Origin: a virus
Lineage: Duplodnaviria > Caudoviricetes
IMG/VR virus record: IMGVR_UViG_3300036958_000333
Coordinates: 208,849-272,848 of that record
Direction: 5' to 3' (one strand)
Length of the DNA: 64,000 nt
Part shown: positions 41,330 to 52,700 of the stretch, one piece after another
How positions within the stretch are numbered: the stretch's first letter is position 1
Layout of the letters: each line of letters begins with the position of its first letter
Position numbers and translations under genes: made by a program
Notes under the pieces: generated by a model
Seen by the model: only the letters and a program-made list of their open reading frames with translations
What the model was told of the DNA's origin: nothing
Databases searched by the model: none

Positions 41330-41881
41330 TTAATAATTTTTAAATGTATTATAATAATTAGAAAATTTACTTTTTAAACTAGGATTCAGGTTTTCTATTA
41401 ACATTAAAAATACTGGATCAAATTCAATTAACATTTCTTGAACACGTATTGGTAAATTTTGAAAATACCCATGTGGTATTTTCATATTTTTAAATCTTCT
41501 TCTTAATAATTCTGGATGACTAATTATACAATAAAAAGCGACTTCGTCATCTGGATTTTTTATAGAAAGAATATTAATAACATTATCAATAACAACTTCT
41601 AATTGGACCTGTTTTGATGGGTTTTTTAAACAATTTATTGCATAACTATCTTTTCTAACTGATGCAAGTTTTATCATTTCAGGAACATTTTCTTCACCTA
41701 TTTTTTCTACAATATTCCTTAATAACCATGGATTCATTTTAACAATCTTTAATTGTAATTGAACACTAATATTAGAAATATATGATATATTATTTGGATC
41801 TTTTATTATTAATTCTAACTGCTCTTTTTCTGATAAATGATCATATTTTCCGGACTCGTTTTCGTTTATATACATTCTCAT
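41330..41881 (-). CDS. helical repeat protein (DUF4116-like), paralog of 25375..26148
   Basis: shares YD..SE.EQL.LI..DP.NI.YI and FYCI.S.P.LL...YF.NL..VQ.ML with the paralog. Confidence 0.65.
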   Translation of the reverse strand: MRMYINENESGKYDHLSEKEQLELIIKDPNNISYISNISVQLQLKIVKMNPWLLRNIVEKIGEENVPEMIKLASVRKDSYAINCLKNPSKQVQLEVVIDNVINILSIKNPDDEVAFYCIISHPELLRRRFKNMKIPHGYFQNLPIRVQEMLIEFDPVFLMLIENLNPSLKSKFSNYYNTFKNY

Positions 41882-41955
41882 TTAATAATCCTTTTAAAAT
41901 ATTAATATATTATATATGTATAACATAATAATTGTTTTTTTTAATAAAATTTTTA

Positions 41956-44007
41956 TTAATTTGCTATAAGATACTTTGCTGGATGAGCCGGAAGAGGACC
42001 ATCTCCTCCAAGTAATAATACAGGAGCAACACCTTCTGGAGGTTTTCCTTCACCATCTGGTGGTATTTCTCCAAGTATTATATGTGGATTTCTAAGACAC
42101 AAATGCATAGTACTATTTAAAGCATATGTTAAATGAACACCATTTCTACAAAATATAATATGATCACCAAGTTTTGCATATTGAATTATATTTTTTCTAT
42201 TAGCAACATCAATCATATTTTGCTCTTCAACTACATGAATCTGATTTCCCTCTTTACTAACAAGAATTTCATCCTTTACAGTAACTCTTGTATAATTTAA
42301 CTCAACAGTTGTTAATCTTTCACCGGCACAATTTAAGTGAACTAACTTTTTATTAACAACCTGATTCATTAAAAGAAAATTAACCGGATCATTCCATCCT
42401 GGGGCGTTAGATATCTTAATATACTGCTCTGTTGGCTTTTCCTGATTAGATCCATCTTCAAACAACATATATTGACCAAAACCAGACTTTATTTTAATAC
42501 AAACCTGTTCCCCCATACCCTTTCCGTTAGGTTGAAAATTAGGTCTATCATAAACATCATTGTCTCTATATCCTCTTTGACCCGTACCAGAATATCTACT
42601 GGTAGATCTAACCATTGGAGATTTAACTTTACATTGATAATCAGAAAATATAATTTCATGACCTGATGTAGATTTAATATGTATTTTTCTCTCTTTATCT
42701 GCTTTTCCATTCATATCAGTATGGTCTATCATTCCAACATAATGACCACAAGCTGTACTCAAAAATATACCATCTTTTTCAGATCTTATTTTTTCATCTT
42801 TGTCATGATGATCAGATAATGTTATTCTATGCTCTGTATGACTTTCTAATCTAACCATAGTTCTATATAATTTCTTTCCTTCTTTTGGCATAGGAGGAAA
42901 TTTGTTTCTCCATTCGTTTTGTTTTTCTTCTAAATCTCCTTTAATTTTATCATCTATTATTAATCTTCCACCTCCAAGTGATTGTATTTGAATACCAGTA
43001 TGATTTAATTCTACGGAGTGATTATTACCAATTTTATCGAACGCTTGTCCTCCAGTGGATAATCTGTCATTATGGGAATCCCAATATTTATTATCATAAA
43101 TTTCTTCTGCTGTTTTGTCACAATCATCTTTCATAATAATCATATTTCCCCTTGATGATTGAACAACTAATCTTTTTCCCCATAATTTTTTTTCTCTTTC
43201 ATAAGATCCATCATCAAATAAAATAAAATGTTTTTCAGGTGTTTTTATTCCATACATATGTGGAATATCCTTTGATCTCCACCCTTGAGTAGAATATCCT
43301 TCTCCAAGAACCCCTCTTCTTTCTTCGTTCAATCCTTCTATTAATTGAATATTTTGAGTATCGCTTGCGGCAATTATATATTCTCCTCCAGAATCTTGAG
43401 TTTGATCAGATTCTTTTGGGCTTAAATCGTTTCCATAATACGATTCATTATTCCATGGAGGCATTAAACTATCTTTTAATCCAGTTTTAATATCACTATT
43501 TCTATTACCAGAACTCCATCTATAACCTTCTCTTTGAGGATTAAACGCATAAACATTATTTGAAGGATCAGCTTTTTTTGGTATCCAAGTTGTTCCAATA
43601 TAAAACACAGATTCTCTATCTCCACCTTGAAACATTAATAAAACAGTAGAACCTTCTGTTGGAATAAATGTACATCCTACATCATCTATTGCTCCAAATG
43701 GAGAACATGGAGAAGCCCAACTTAAATTACTTTCACTAACTCCTTCTTGTCTTAAATTATGAATAATAGGACAATATACCATTATTCTCCCAATTTTCCA
43801 TGGATCTCTTGTATCAACACAAACTCCCATATAAATCCCATATAACGGAACAATTGGCCTACCACTTTTACTTAATACGCTATCTACTTTTAGAGCTCTA
43901 TTAAAAGGAGTTAAAGCTTTTGGTATTCTACCTCGTTCTAACTCAATACTATGAATCTTATCTTTTAATTTATTAATATCATATAACATCTCATCTAATA
44001 AAGCCAT
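41956..44007 (-). CDS. baseplate central spike (gp5/VgrG-like, OB-fold + beta repeats)
   Basis: G.CVDT.DP..IGRI.V, WA.P, P.EGS.V..FQGGD....YIG; repeated S.SGH.I.F.D units. Confidence 0.85.
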   Translation of the reverse strand: MALLDEMLYDINKLKDKIHSIELERGRIPKALTPFNRALKVDSVLSKSGRPIVPLYGIYMGVCVDTRDPWKIGRIMVYCPIIHNLRQEGVSESNLSWASPCSPFGAIDDVGCTFIPTEGSTVLLMFQGGDRESVFYIGTTWIPKKADPSNNVYAFNPQREGYRWSSGNRNSDIKTGLKDSLMPPWNNESYYGNDLSPKESDQTQDSGGEYIIAASDTQNIQLIEGLNEERRGVLGEGYSTQGWRSKDIPHMYGIKTPEKHFILFDDGSYEREKKLWGKRLVVQSSRGNMIIMKDDCDKTAEEIYDNKYWDSHNDRLSTGGQAFDKIGNNHSVELNHTGIQIQSLGGGRLIIDDKIKGDLEEKQNEWRNKFPPMPKEGKKLYRTMVRLESHTEHRITLSDHHDKDEKIRSEKDGIFLSTACGHYVGMIDHTDMNGKADKERKIHIKSTSGHEIIFSDYQCKVKSPMVRSTSRYSGTGQRGYRDNDVYDRPNFQPNGKGMGEQVCIKIKSGFGQYMLFEDGSNQEKPTEQYIKISNAPGWNDPVNFLLMNQVVNKKLVHLNCAGERLTTVELNYTRVTVKDEILVSKEGNQIHVVEEQNMIDVANRKNIIQYAKLGDHIIFCRNGVHLTYALNSTMHLCLRNPHIILGEIPPDGEGKPPEGVAPVLLLGGDGPLPAHPAKYLIAN

Positions 44008-44081
44008 AATATTTAAATATACTCCTTTTATATTTTTCTATTTCTAGTTTATTTCTTATGAAAATACAATACAAAATTAAA

Positions 44082-45746
44082 TTATTGTTCATCTCCTCCT
44101 GTATTAGATCCTCCTGTATTAGATCCTCCTTCATTAGATCCTCCTGTATTATTTTCACCTTCTTCTCCTCCTTCTGTAGAAGAACCTTCTTCTTCTTTTT
44201 TAAGATTTATATCAGAAGGATCTGCAGATAACGACAATGTTGTTTTATACGCCCCAGAATCGTCTATTACATGAGCAATACCAGATATAAGATATGAACC
44301 AGAAAATCTTCTATCTAAAAAATCATAATACATAGAGTCCATTGTTCCAATTTGTACTTCTTCTCCACTAATAGAACCAAATATTGAAGTCTCTGATCCT
44401 GGTGGAAATAATGATGTTGCTTCAGATGGTATTCTAGCTTCTCTTCGCCATTTTAACTCATCACTTATGTAAGATGTGTTCCAAATATAAACAATGACAT
44501 ATTCTCCAATATATAATATATCATCTAAATTTGGAATACCAAGTAAATCAACTTCTAATTTAATTGGTATATACAAAGCGCCATTATTCCCAGCTGTTCC
44601 AATTATAGTACCCATCTTGTTTATAATATTTTGTCTAAATGTCCTTGGACTATCTAAAGGTTTTGCTACAACAGTAGCCTGACCACCTTGTCCACTTTCA
44701 CCTAATTTTCCATCTGATTTGATTTGATGTCCTACAGATCTTGTCATTGTATCTTGAGAAGTTATTTGAGGAAACAAAGACCATAAATAGTCTCCAGAAA
44801 AAGTTGGTCTTATGCTAAGAGCAGTATGTTTTCCAGGACCTAATCCAGATCCAGATTCAATTTCACCAGCACTACTTCCTTCTGGTGGATTAACATGTAT
44901 TTCAAAAAGAGCCTTATTTTTTGGAATAGTTGAATAAGACGGTTTAAATTGTATATATTGAGTATCTTTGTCCACTACTGGAATCATACACGGACCAACT
45001 TTTTCATGATCTTTTAAATTATTATTTTCTTTATAATGAAGTTCTGATGTCCATTTCTGAACCGTTAACAAAAAAGGATAACCCGATCCAGGCCAATTAT
45101 TTGGAGTATCAACATCAAACTTTTGTTCAAAATCATCAGAAAAATGAGGTTCAGGATCCCATGTATCAGATAATAACCCCTGTTTTTTTCTTAATTCACA
45201 TAATTGTTTGAATGCTTCTCTAAAACTTAAAGGTGTTGGAAATTCAAAAGTCGTCCAATTTCCAGCAAATGCAAATTGATCTTGTCCAACAAATTTATAA
45301 CTAATTCCTCCCTGAATAAATTCAACATCCATTTTATATATACTCAAACAATGTATTGACGAAGAATGTTTTGTTCTTGTACCTCCTACAGATGACGGAT
45401 CAGATATTCTATTTCCATCTATTCCTCTACCTTCATATCCAAATTGAAAATAAACATTCTGCCTAGAACAATCTTCGATATTAGCAAATACATTTTTAGC
45501 AACTATTCCTGGCCATATTAAATTCCATCCAGAACGATCTTCATATATAGTAAATTCTACAGAAGAACCTTGATTATTTCCAAAATATGACCACCTAAAT
45601 TGCTTTAACCATCTAAATTTTTCATCTAATCCTCTTGGAAAATTTATTCTTAACTCCTCTGATTCTCCAATTTGAACCCAAGCCCAAGGACGATAAACTG
45701 CAGCGTTTATATCTGTTAATTCTATTTTTTCTAAATTATCTGTCAT
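44082..45746 (-). CDS. baseplate hub (T4 gp27-like)
   Basis: C-terminal LLGIP.L, FSGSYLI..I.H.I...Y.TTL; lies between the gp53-like and spike genes. Confidence 0.7.
   Translation of the reverse strand: MTDNLEKIELTDINAAVYRPWAWVQIGESEELRINFPRGLDEKFRWLKQFRWSYFGNNQGSSVEFTIYEDRSGWNLIWPGIVAKNVFANIEDCSRQNVYFQFGYEGRGIDGNRISDPSSVGGTRTKHSSSIHCLSIYKMDVEFIQGGISYKFVGQDQFAFAGNWTTFEFPTPLSFREAFKQLCELRKKQGLLSDTWDPEPHFSDDFEQKFDVDTPNNWPGSGYPFLLTVQKWTSELHYKENNNLKDHEKVGPCMIPVVDKDTQYIQFKPSYSTIPKNKALFEIHVNPPEGSSAGEIESGSGLGPGKHTALSIRPTFSGDYLWSLFPQITSQDTMTRSVGHQIKSDGKLGESGQGGQATVVAKPLDSPRTFRQNIINKMGTIIGTAGNNGALYIPIKLEVDLLGIPNLDDILYIGEYVIVYIWNTSYISDELKWRREARIPSEATSLFPPGSETSIFGSISGEEVQIGTMDSMYYDFLDRRFSGSYLISGIAHVIDDSGAYKTTLSLSADPSDINLKKEEEGSSTEGGEEGENNTGGSNEGGSNTGGSNTGGDEQ
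44094..44150. repeat. 15-bp tandem repeat (about 3.8 copies) encoding NTGGS
   Basis: tcctcctgtattaga units at the 3' end of the hub gene. Confidence 0.85.
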
Positions 45747-45750
45747 AATA

Positions 45751-46107
45751 TTATCCTATATAAGTCAATGGAGGAATTTGTATTGTTATACCAGCAACAA
45801 ACTCTTCTATATCAAAAATATTATTAAATTCCATAATAAACCACCAATAACCAGGATCTCCATATGCATCATCACTAACTAGCCAAGGTTTATATTCAGT
45901 TGATTTTTTTATTAAATAAAATTTTACACCAGAAGGAACTTTATCAACAACCGGATTAAAATTCCTTTTATATAAATCATATGTAAGTATATTAAAATTA
46001 CTATAATATATTAATTTAGATTTTTGATATCTAGAAGAAAAGTCCAATAACTCTTTCTTTAATTCAGATTCTTTATTATTTATTTCTATTATTTTGTTTG
46101 TAATCAT
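45751..46107 (-). CDS. baseplate wedge protein (T4 gp53/LysM-like)
   Basis: P.LVS..AYGDP.YWW.IM..NNI.D...AG..I.IP. Confidence 0.85.
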   Translation of the reverse strand: MITNKIIEINNKESELKKELLDFSSRYQKSKLIYYSNFNILTYDLYKRNFNPVVDKVPSGVKFYLIKKSTEYKPWLVSDDAYGDPGYWWFIMEFNNIFDIEEFVAGITIQIPPLTYIG

Positions 46108-46155
46108 TATATCACCTTTTTATAATATAGGAAATTTAATACATATTAAAATAAA

Positions 46156-46770
46156 TTAATATTTTCCCTCCAATACATCGTCAGCTCCTGGTAAAGATTG
46201 CCAAGAATATATTATATCCCAATTTGTTTGTATAGAAACATGTAAAGGCATATAAGTTTTTATTTTTTCACTATAAAACCATTGAACTTTTGTTTCATAA
46301 TTTATCGAATAATCTTTTAATAAAACTGGAACTCCATCTGGACTAGAACTTAATAATTGTCCACATTTAATTTTGGCCATTCTAGGAGGAAGATAAGTTT
46401 GTCTATATTCTGGATGTGTTAAAGAAGATATTTTTCTTATAATTCCAAGATTTCTAGATATATCTTCTTCACAAGTGACATATAAGTGTATTGTCATTGA
46501 TATAGACCTATCAGATGAGCTGGTATATGTTTTTACCGGAGATGTTCTTCCTAATATTTGTTGATCAGCATAAGTAGCTGATTTTTTCTCACTTATTTCC
46601 GGAAGAGCATAAAGTTCTATAGTTTCATATCCTTGGGCATCTAAATTCTGAATAGAAATATCGGCTTGATCTATTCTATCTTCTTCTGATCTTGCAACTT
46701 GAAGTTTTATCCAACAATCATGTATTGGTTTAATTTTTCCATTTTTGTCTGTAGCTAAATAATCAACCAT
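46156..46770 (-). CDS. tail tube initiator/baseplate-tube junction protein (gp48/gp54-like)
   Basis: ISE.KSA.Y....LGR..P...Y....RSIS, P.Y..PP....GQL; lies directly after the tape measure. Confidence 0.7.
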   Translation of the reverse strand: MVDYLATDKNGKIKPIHDCWIKLQVARSEEDRIDQADISIQNLDAQGYETIELYALPEISEKKSATYADQQILGRTSPVKTYTSSSDRSISMTIHLYVTCEEDISRNLGIIRKISSLTHPEYRQTYLPPRMAKIKCGQLLSSSPDGVPVLLKDYSINYETKVQWFYSEKIKTYMPLHVSIQTNWDIIYSWQSLPGADDVLEGKY

Positions 46771-46790
46771 TTAAAACCTCTTTAAAATAA

Positions 46791-49700
46791 TTAATAAACA
46801 GTCCCCAAAGAAGGATTTGCAACAGCAGTAGTTTGCCAAGTATTATAACTTGACATTGGAACACCATCATTTGCTGATAAAGTATTTTCATTTTTAGGAA
46901 TTGTTCCTCCAGTACTTCCAGACATAATAACACCATCTCTTTTTGGAGTAACCGATAAACAATTTTTAATTTCTTTTAATAAATTAACCATTTCTGTTGT
47001 ATTAGAATTAATTCCAGTTAATTGATTTATTCCACTTAAATCTCCCTTTTGTTCGGCGGTAATATCTCCAGATTTACTACTAGATCCAATTAATTCTGTT
47101 TTTATTTCTCCTTTTACTTTATCTAGTGAACCTAATTCTTTAGATAATTTCATAAGAGAATCAATTGATTTTTTATCTATTTTATCAGATACAGATGACA
47201 TTTTAGACATTATATTTGATAAATTTTCAAGATCTTCTATGGATTGAAGAGCTTTTTCTATTATATCTTTTGAATTAACTAAAGGCTCAATCAAACCAAT
47301 TGTTAAAAAATCTAATATAATTGAAAAATTATTTTTCATTATTGTCGCGTTCTTTTTCATACTATTTGAATCTAATTGTTTAACATTTTTAAGAAATTTT
47401 GTTGATTTACTTAATTTTTGCATTACAGAAGATATTCCTTCTACACAAGAAACTATTTTTTCAGATATTTTACTAATATCTTCAGAACTAATTTTTTGCA
47501 AATCTCCTTTATTAGCATCAACTATTATATTAACTGATCCTACTATTATTGGAATCAAATCAGAAATCTCATCTATTCCTGGTTTCATTAAATTTCCTAA
47601 AATATATCTCATAATAAATATTTCAGGAATACTTTTTTCTACACCAAAATTAGTCAATATTTCTTTAGCTTTTGTTACTCCATCAATTATTTTTGACATT
47701 GATTCTACTATTTTGCCTATATCTTCTCCTGTTTTTACAGCATCTTCTACATTAATATCTTGAATACCTGCGCCGGTTATATCAAACATAACTTTGGCAT
47801 TTTCCATAACTACAGGAATTAATTTCTGTAAATATTTAGATCCTTTTTTAATACTTTTGATCAAATCATCTTTAAACCAACCACCTGGTTTTATTTTTTT
47901 AAAATAATCTGAAATTTTAGATATCCCTTCTAATAATTTTGCGAAAGACATAACGATGCTTGAAACTCCTTGAGCGGTTTTTGCAGCTTCTTCTATATTA
48001 ATATTCACAACACCAACTCCAGTTATATCAAACATAACCTGTGCATTTTCCATAACTACAGGAATTAATTTCTGTAAATATTTAGATCCTTTTTTAATAC
48101 TTTTGATCAAATCATCTTTAAACCAACCACCTGGTTTTATTTTTTTAAAATAATCTGAAGATTTGGAAATCCCTTCTAATATCCTCGCTAAAGACGAAAC
48201 AATACTCGAGACTCCCTGAGCTGTTTTTGCTGCTTCTTCTATGTTAATATTTTCAACACCTACCCCAGTTACATCAAACATATCCTTAGAACTTTCCATA
48301 ACAACAGGAATTAATTTCTTTAAGTATTTAGCTCCTTTTTTTACATTTTTAATTAAATCATCTTTTAAAAACCCACCTGGTTTTATTTTTTTAAAATAAT
48401 CTGAAGATTTGGAAATCCCTTCTAATATCCTTGCTAAAGACGAAACAATACTTGAAACTCCCTGAGCCGTTTTTGCAGCTTCTTCTATATTAATACTTTC
48501 AACTCCAGCTTTAGTTATATCGAACATATCCTCAGCACTTTCCATAACTACAGGAATTAATTTACTCAAATACCAAGAACCTATTTTTACATTTATAATA
48601 AAATCATCTTTGAAACTTCCAGGTTTCATTTTTTTAAAATAATCTACTGATTTAGATATTTCTTCTAATACTTTAGCTAAAGACGAAACAATACTTGAAA
48701 TTCCCCGAGCCGTTTTTGCAGCTTCTTCTATATTAATATTTTCAACACCGGTACCGGTTATATCAAACACAACTTTAGCATTTTCCATAACTACAGGAAT
48801 TAATTTTTTTAAATATCCAGCACCTTTTTTTACATTTTTAATCAAGTCATCTTTAAACCAACTTGTTCTTACTTTTTTAAAATAATCTGAAGTTTTAGAT
48901 ATTCCCTCTAATAAATTCAATAAAGACAAGACGATACTTGAAATTCCTTTAGATGTTTTAGAAGCATCTTCTACATTAATATTTTCAACACCAGTACCAG
49001 TTATATCAAATATAACTTTGGCATTTTTCATAACTACAGGAATTAATTTCTTTAAGTAATCAGCTCCTTTTTTTACATTTTTAATTAAATCACTTTTAAA
49101 CCAACCTGATTTCATTTTCTTAAAATGATCAGATGCTTTAGATACACCTTCTAATAATTTTGTTAAAGATAAAACAATACTTGATATTCCCTGCGCTGTT
49201 TTTGAAGCTTCTTCTACATTAATATTCTGAACACCTATTCTAGTTATATCAAATATAACTAAAGAATTTTCCATAACTACAGGAATTAATTTTTTTAAAT
49301 ATTTGGCTCCACTTTTTACATTTTTAATTAAATCACTTTCAGACCAATCTATTTTTATTTTTTTAAAATGATCTGATGCTTTAGATACCCCATCTAGAAG
49401 CTTTGTTAAAGATAAAATAATACTTGATATTCCCTGCGCCACTTTTGAAGCATCTTCTACATTAATATTTTCAACACCAGTGCCAGTTATATCAAATATA
49501 ACCAAAGTATTTTTCATAATTACAGGAATTAATTTCTTTAAGTAATTGGCTCCTTCTTTTATATTTTTAATTAAATCACTTTTAAACCAACCTGGTTTAA
49601 TTTTCTTAAAATAATCTGATGCTTTAGATACACTTTCTAATAATTTCGCCAAAGATAAAACGATGCTTGTAATTCCTTTAGATGTATTTACGGCTTCTTC

Positions 49701-52700
49701 TACATTAATATTTATAACACCAGACTTAGTCATATTAAATATAACCAAAGCGTTTTTCATAATTACAGGAATTAATTTCTTTAAATATCCAGCTCCTTCT
49801 TTTACATTTTTAACTAAATTGCTTTTAAACCAACCTGGTTTAATTTTCTTAAAATGATCTGCAGCCTTAGACACACCTTCTAATAACTTTGTTAAAGACA
49901 AAACAATACTTGATATTCCTTGAGCTGTTTTTGAAGCGTCTTCGACATTAATTCTTTCAACACCAATACCAGTTATATTAAATATAACCAAGGCGTTTTT
50001 CATAATTACAGGAATTAATTTCTTTAAGTAATCAGCTCCCTTTTTTACATTTTTAACTAAATCGCTTTTAAACCAACCTGGTTTAATTTTTTTAAAATGA
50101 TCTGCGGCCTTAGACACACCTTCTAATATTCTTGATAAAGACGAAACAATATTTGAAAGTCCTTTAACTGTTTCTGAAGCATCTTCAGGGTTTATATTTC
50201 CAACACGTTTTCCAGTAATATTAATAATATCTTTAGATAAATCTAAAATCAATGGAATAAAACTTTTTATATACTTTGCCCCTGCTTTAGCTTTATCTTT
50301 TAGATCTCCAAAAATTTTAGAAAAAACTCCTGGAGAAAATCTTGATAACATTTTAGAAGCTTTTTCTGTTCCTGAAATTATTTTTTCAATAGATCTTATG
50401 GTATTCTCGATAGATTTTAATACTTTATTAGCTTCATTTTCAGATTTTTCATTAACAATTTTTTTTGCTGAATCAACAATAGATAACGCTGTTTTTAATA
50501 TAACACCAATAACTGTCTTTATTACAAATCCTCCTAGTTTTATAAGAGGAACAAATAATAATAAAGCAATACTCATAGGAGCAATACTAGCTAATACAGC
50601 AGAAGCTAAATAAGTATATCGTATTATAGTAAATAAAGACTTAATTATTCCAGCAACACCTTTAGCGACCTTTGATGCTTTTTCTGGGTCCATTTTAAAT
50701 ACACCCATTATAGCTTCACAAATTTTCACTATTCCAGTTGCAACTAATAAAATAGCAGGAGTAAGTATTCCTAATGCTATAGCCCCTAAAGTCAAAAGAC
50801 CAGCTACAAGTATTATTTGAGGACCAGAAACAAGAGCCAAAAGTCCAACTCCTGCTGCTCCCATTACTCCGGCTGTAAGTAAAGTATATAATAATATTAT
50901 TCCAGCAGATTTAATTATTCCAGCAATACCTTTAGCTGTCTTTGATGCTTTTTCTGGATCTATTAAAAAACCAGTTATAAATTGACAAATTTTTATTACT
51001 GCGGTTGCAACTAATAAAACAGCAGGAGTAAGTAATCCTAATGCTATTCCCCCTGCAATTAAAGCTGCAATAGCAATCCCTATTTGTGGTCCAGCAGAAA
51101 GAATTAAAATCCCTGCTCCAGCCGCTCCCATTACTCCTGCTGCAATTAAAGTATATAATAATATTATTCCAGCAGATTTAATTATTCCAGCAATACCTTT
51201 AGCTGTCTTTGATGCTTTTTCTGGATCTATTAAAAAACCAGTTATAAATTGACAAATTTTTATTACTGCGGTTGCAACTAATAAAACAGCAGGTGTAAGT
51301 AATCCTAATGCTATTCCTCCTGCAATTAAAGCCGCAATAGCAATCCCTACTTGTGGTCCACTAAGAGCCAAAAGTCCAACTCCTGCTGCTCCCATTACTC
51401 CAGCCGCAAGTAAAGTATATAATAATATTATTCCAGTAGATTTAATTATTCCAGCAATACCCTTTGCTATTTTTTCTGCTTTTTCTGGAGTCATTCCAAA
51501 AATACTAAGAATTTTATCACTAATCCATACTAATGTAGTTCCAAGTAATAAAACAGCTGGAGATAATATTGCAATTGCCGCTGCTCCAGCTAAAATATCT
51601 TTTGCTACGCTTTTAATTCCAGCACTTCCGCCAAATTTTTTCATTATTCTTCCAATACCATACAATGCGGATGCAGCTATAATAGTTTCTACTATTATAA
51701 TTCCAGTAGAAGTAATTATACTAGTAACTGTAGACGCTATCTTTTTAGCTCTTTCAGAATCCAACCCCAAAAGACTAGATATTCCTGCTCCTAATTTTAA
51801 TATAATCGTACCAACAGTAATAATACCCAAAGCTAATATTGTTATTGCAGCAGCTCCATATAATAAATCGCTTCCTATAGATCTAGCCTTATTCCAATCT
51901 ATTTTAAAACCTCTTGGAGGCATACCAGGCATTTTCTCAAGACTACTAGGAGATTGTAATGTTTGTTGACCTGCACTTTTAGATTCAGAACGTTTTCTAA
52001 AAAAGCTAGAAATTTTATCAATTATTCCAGATTCTGATCCTTTATTTTTATCTTCTTTAGATTTCTTGGAAAAAATACTATCAATCAGTTTATTAATTGG
52101 TCCTTTATCATAATGTTTACCAATTGTTAACAAACCAGAACTTCTTAAAAAACTAAGTAAACCAAATATAGAAAAAATATATGTCGAAAAGCGCGCAATA
52201 AATTTCAAAGAAAAAGTAATAGAATTAAGCGCACCAATTGTAAATTTCATAAAATCTTGTTCTGCAACATTTTTACCAGCATTTATTTGATCTAATGCAT
52301 TTTTCATTGAAAGTTTCATTTGATCTTTTGCTGTTTTTTCATTAGACTGTTTGGTTGCTTCAGAAATTTTAGATATTTCTTTTAAAACATCTTGAATTTT
52401 AACATTACCAGCCAAAGCCCCTTCCATACTTTTAGAAATAGAATCAAATGTTTTTTTATCTAAACCTTCTATTTTAACACCAGATTCTATAGCAAGACTT
52501 AACTCTTGTTTAATGCTTCCTTTTTTCTTTTCCCAAATTTTTGATAATTCTTTTTGAGCTTCAGCATCAGACATTCTATTACTACCAGATAGACTCTGTA
52601 GTTTTTGTATTCTCTCCACTTGAGATTCTAAATCAGCCATAGATGCTGAAGCTTCTGATGCCAAGGTATCTTGAAGTTGTTTTATTTTTCCCTGTATTTC

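Noticed and set aside
11575-46770. Bacterial eCIS/T6SS or prophage interpretation
   Set aside because: The giant tape measure, gp2-like and gp56-like genes, tRNAs and absence of host housekeeping or integrase genes point to a large lytic phage
47670-51490. Repeat arrays as a CRISPR array
   Set aside because: The repeats are in-frame coding units of 243-270 bp with no unique spacers
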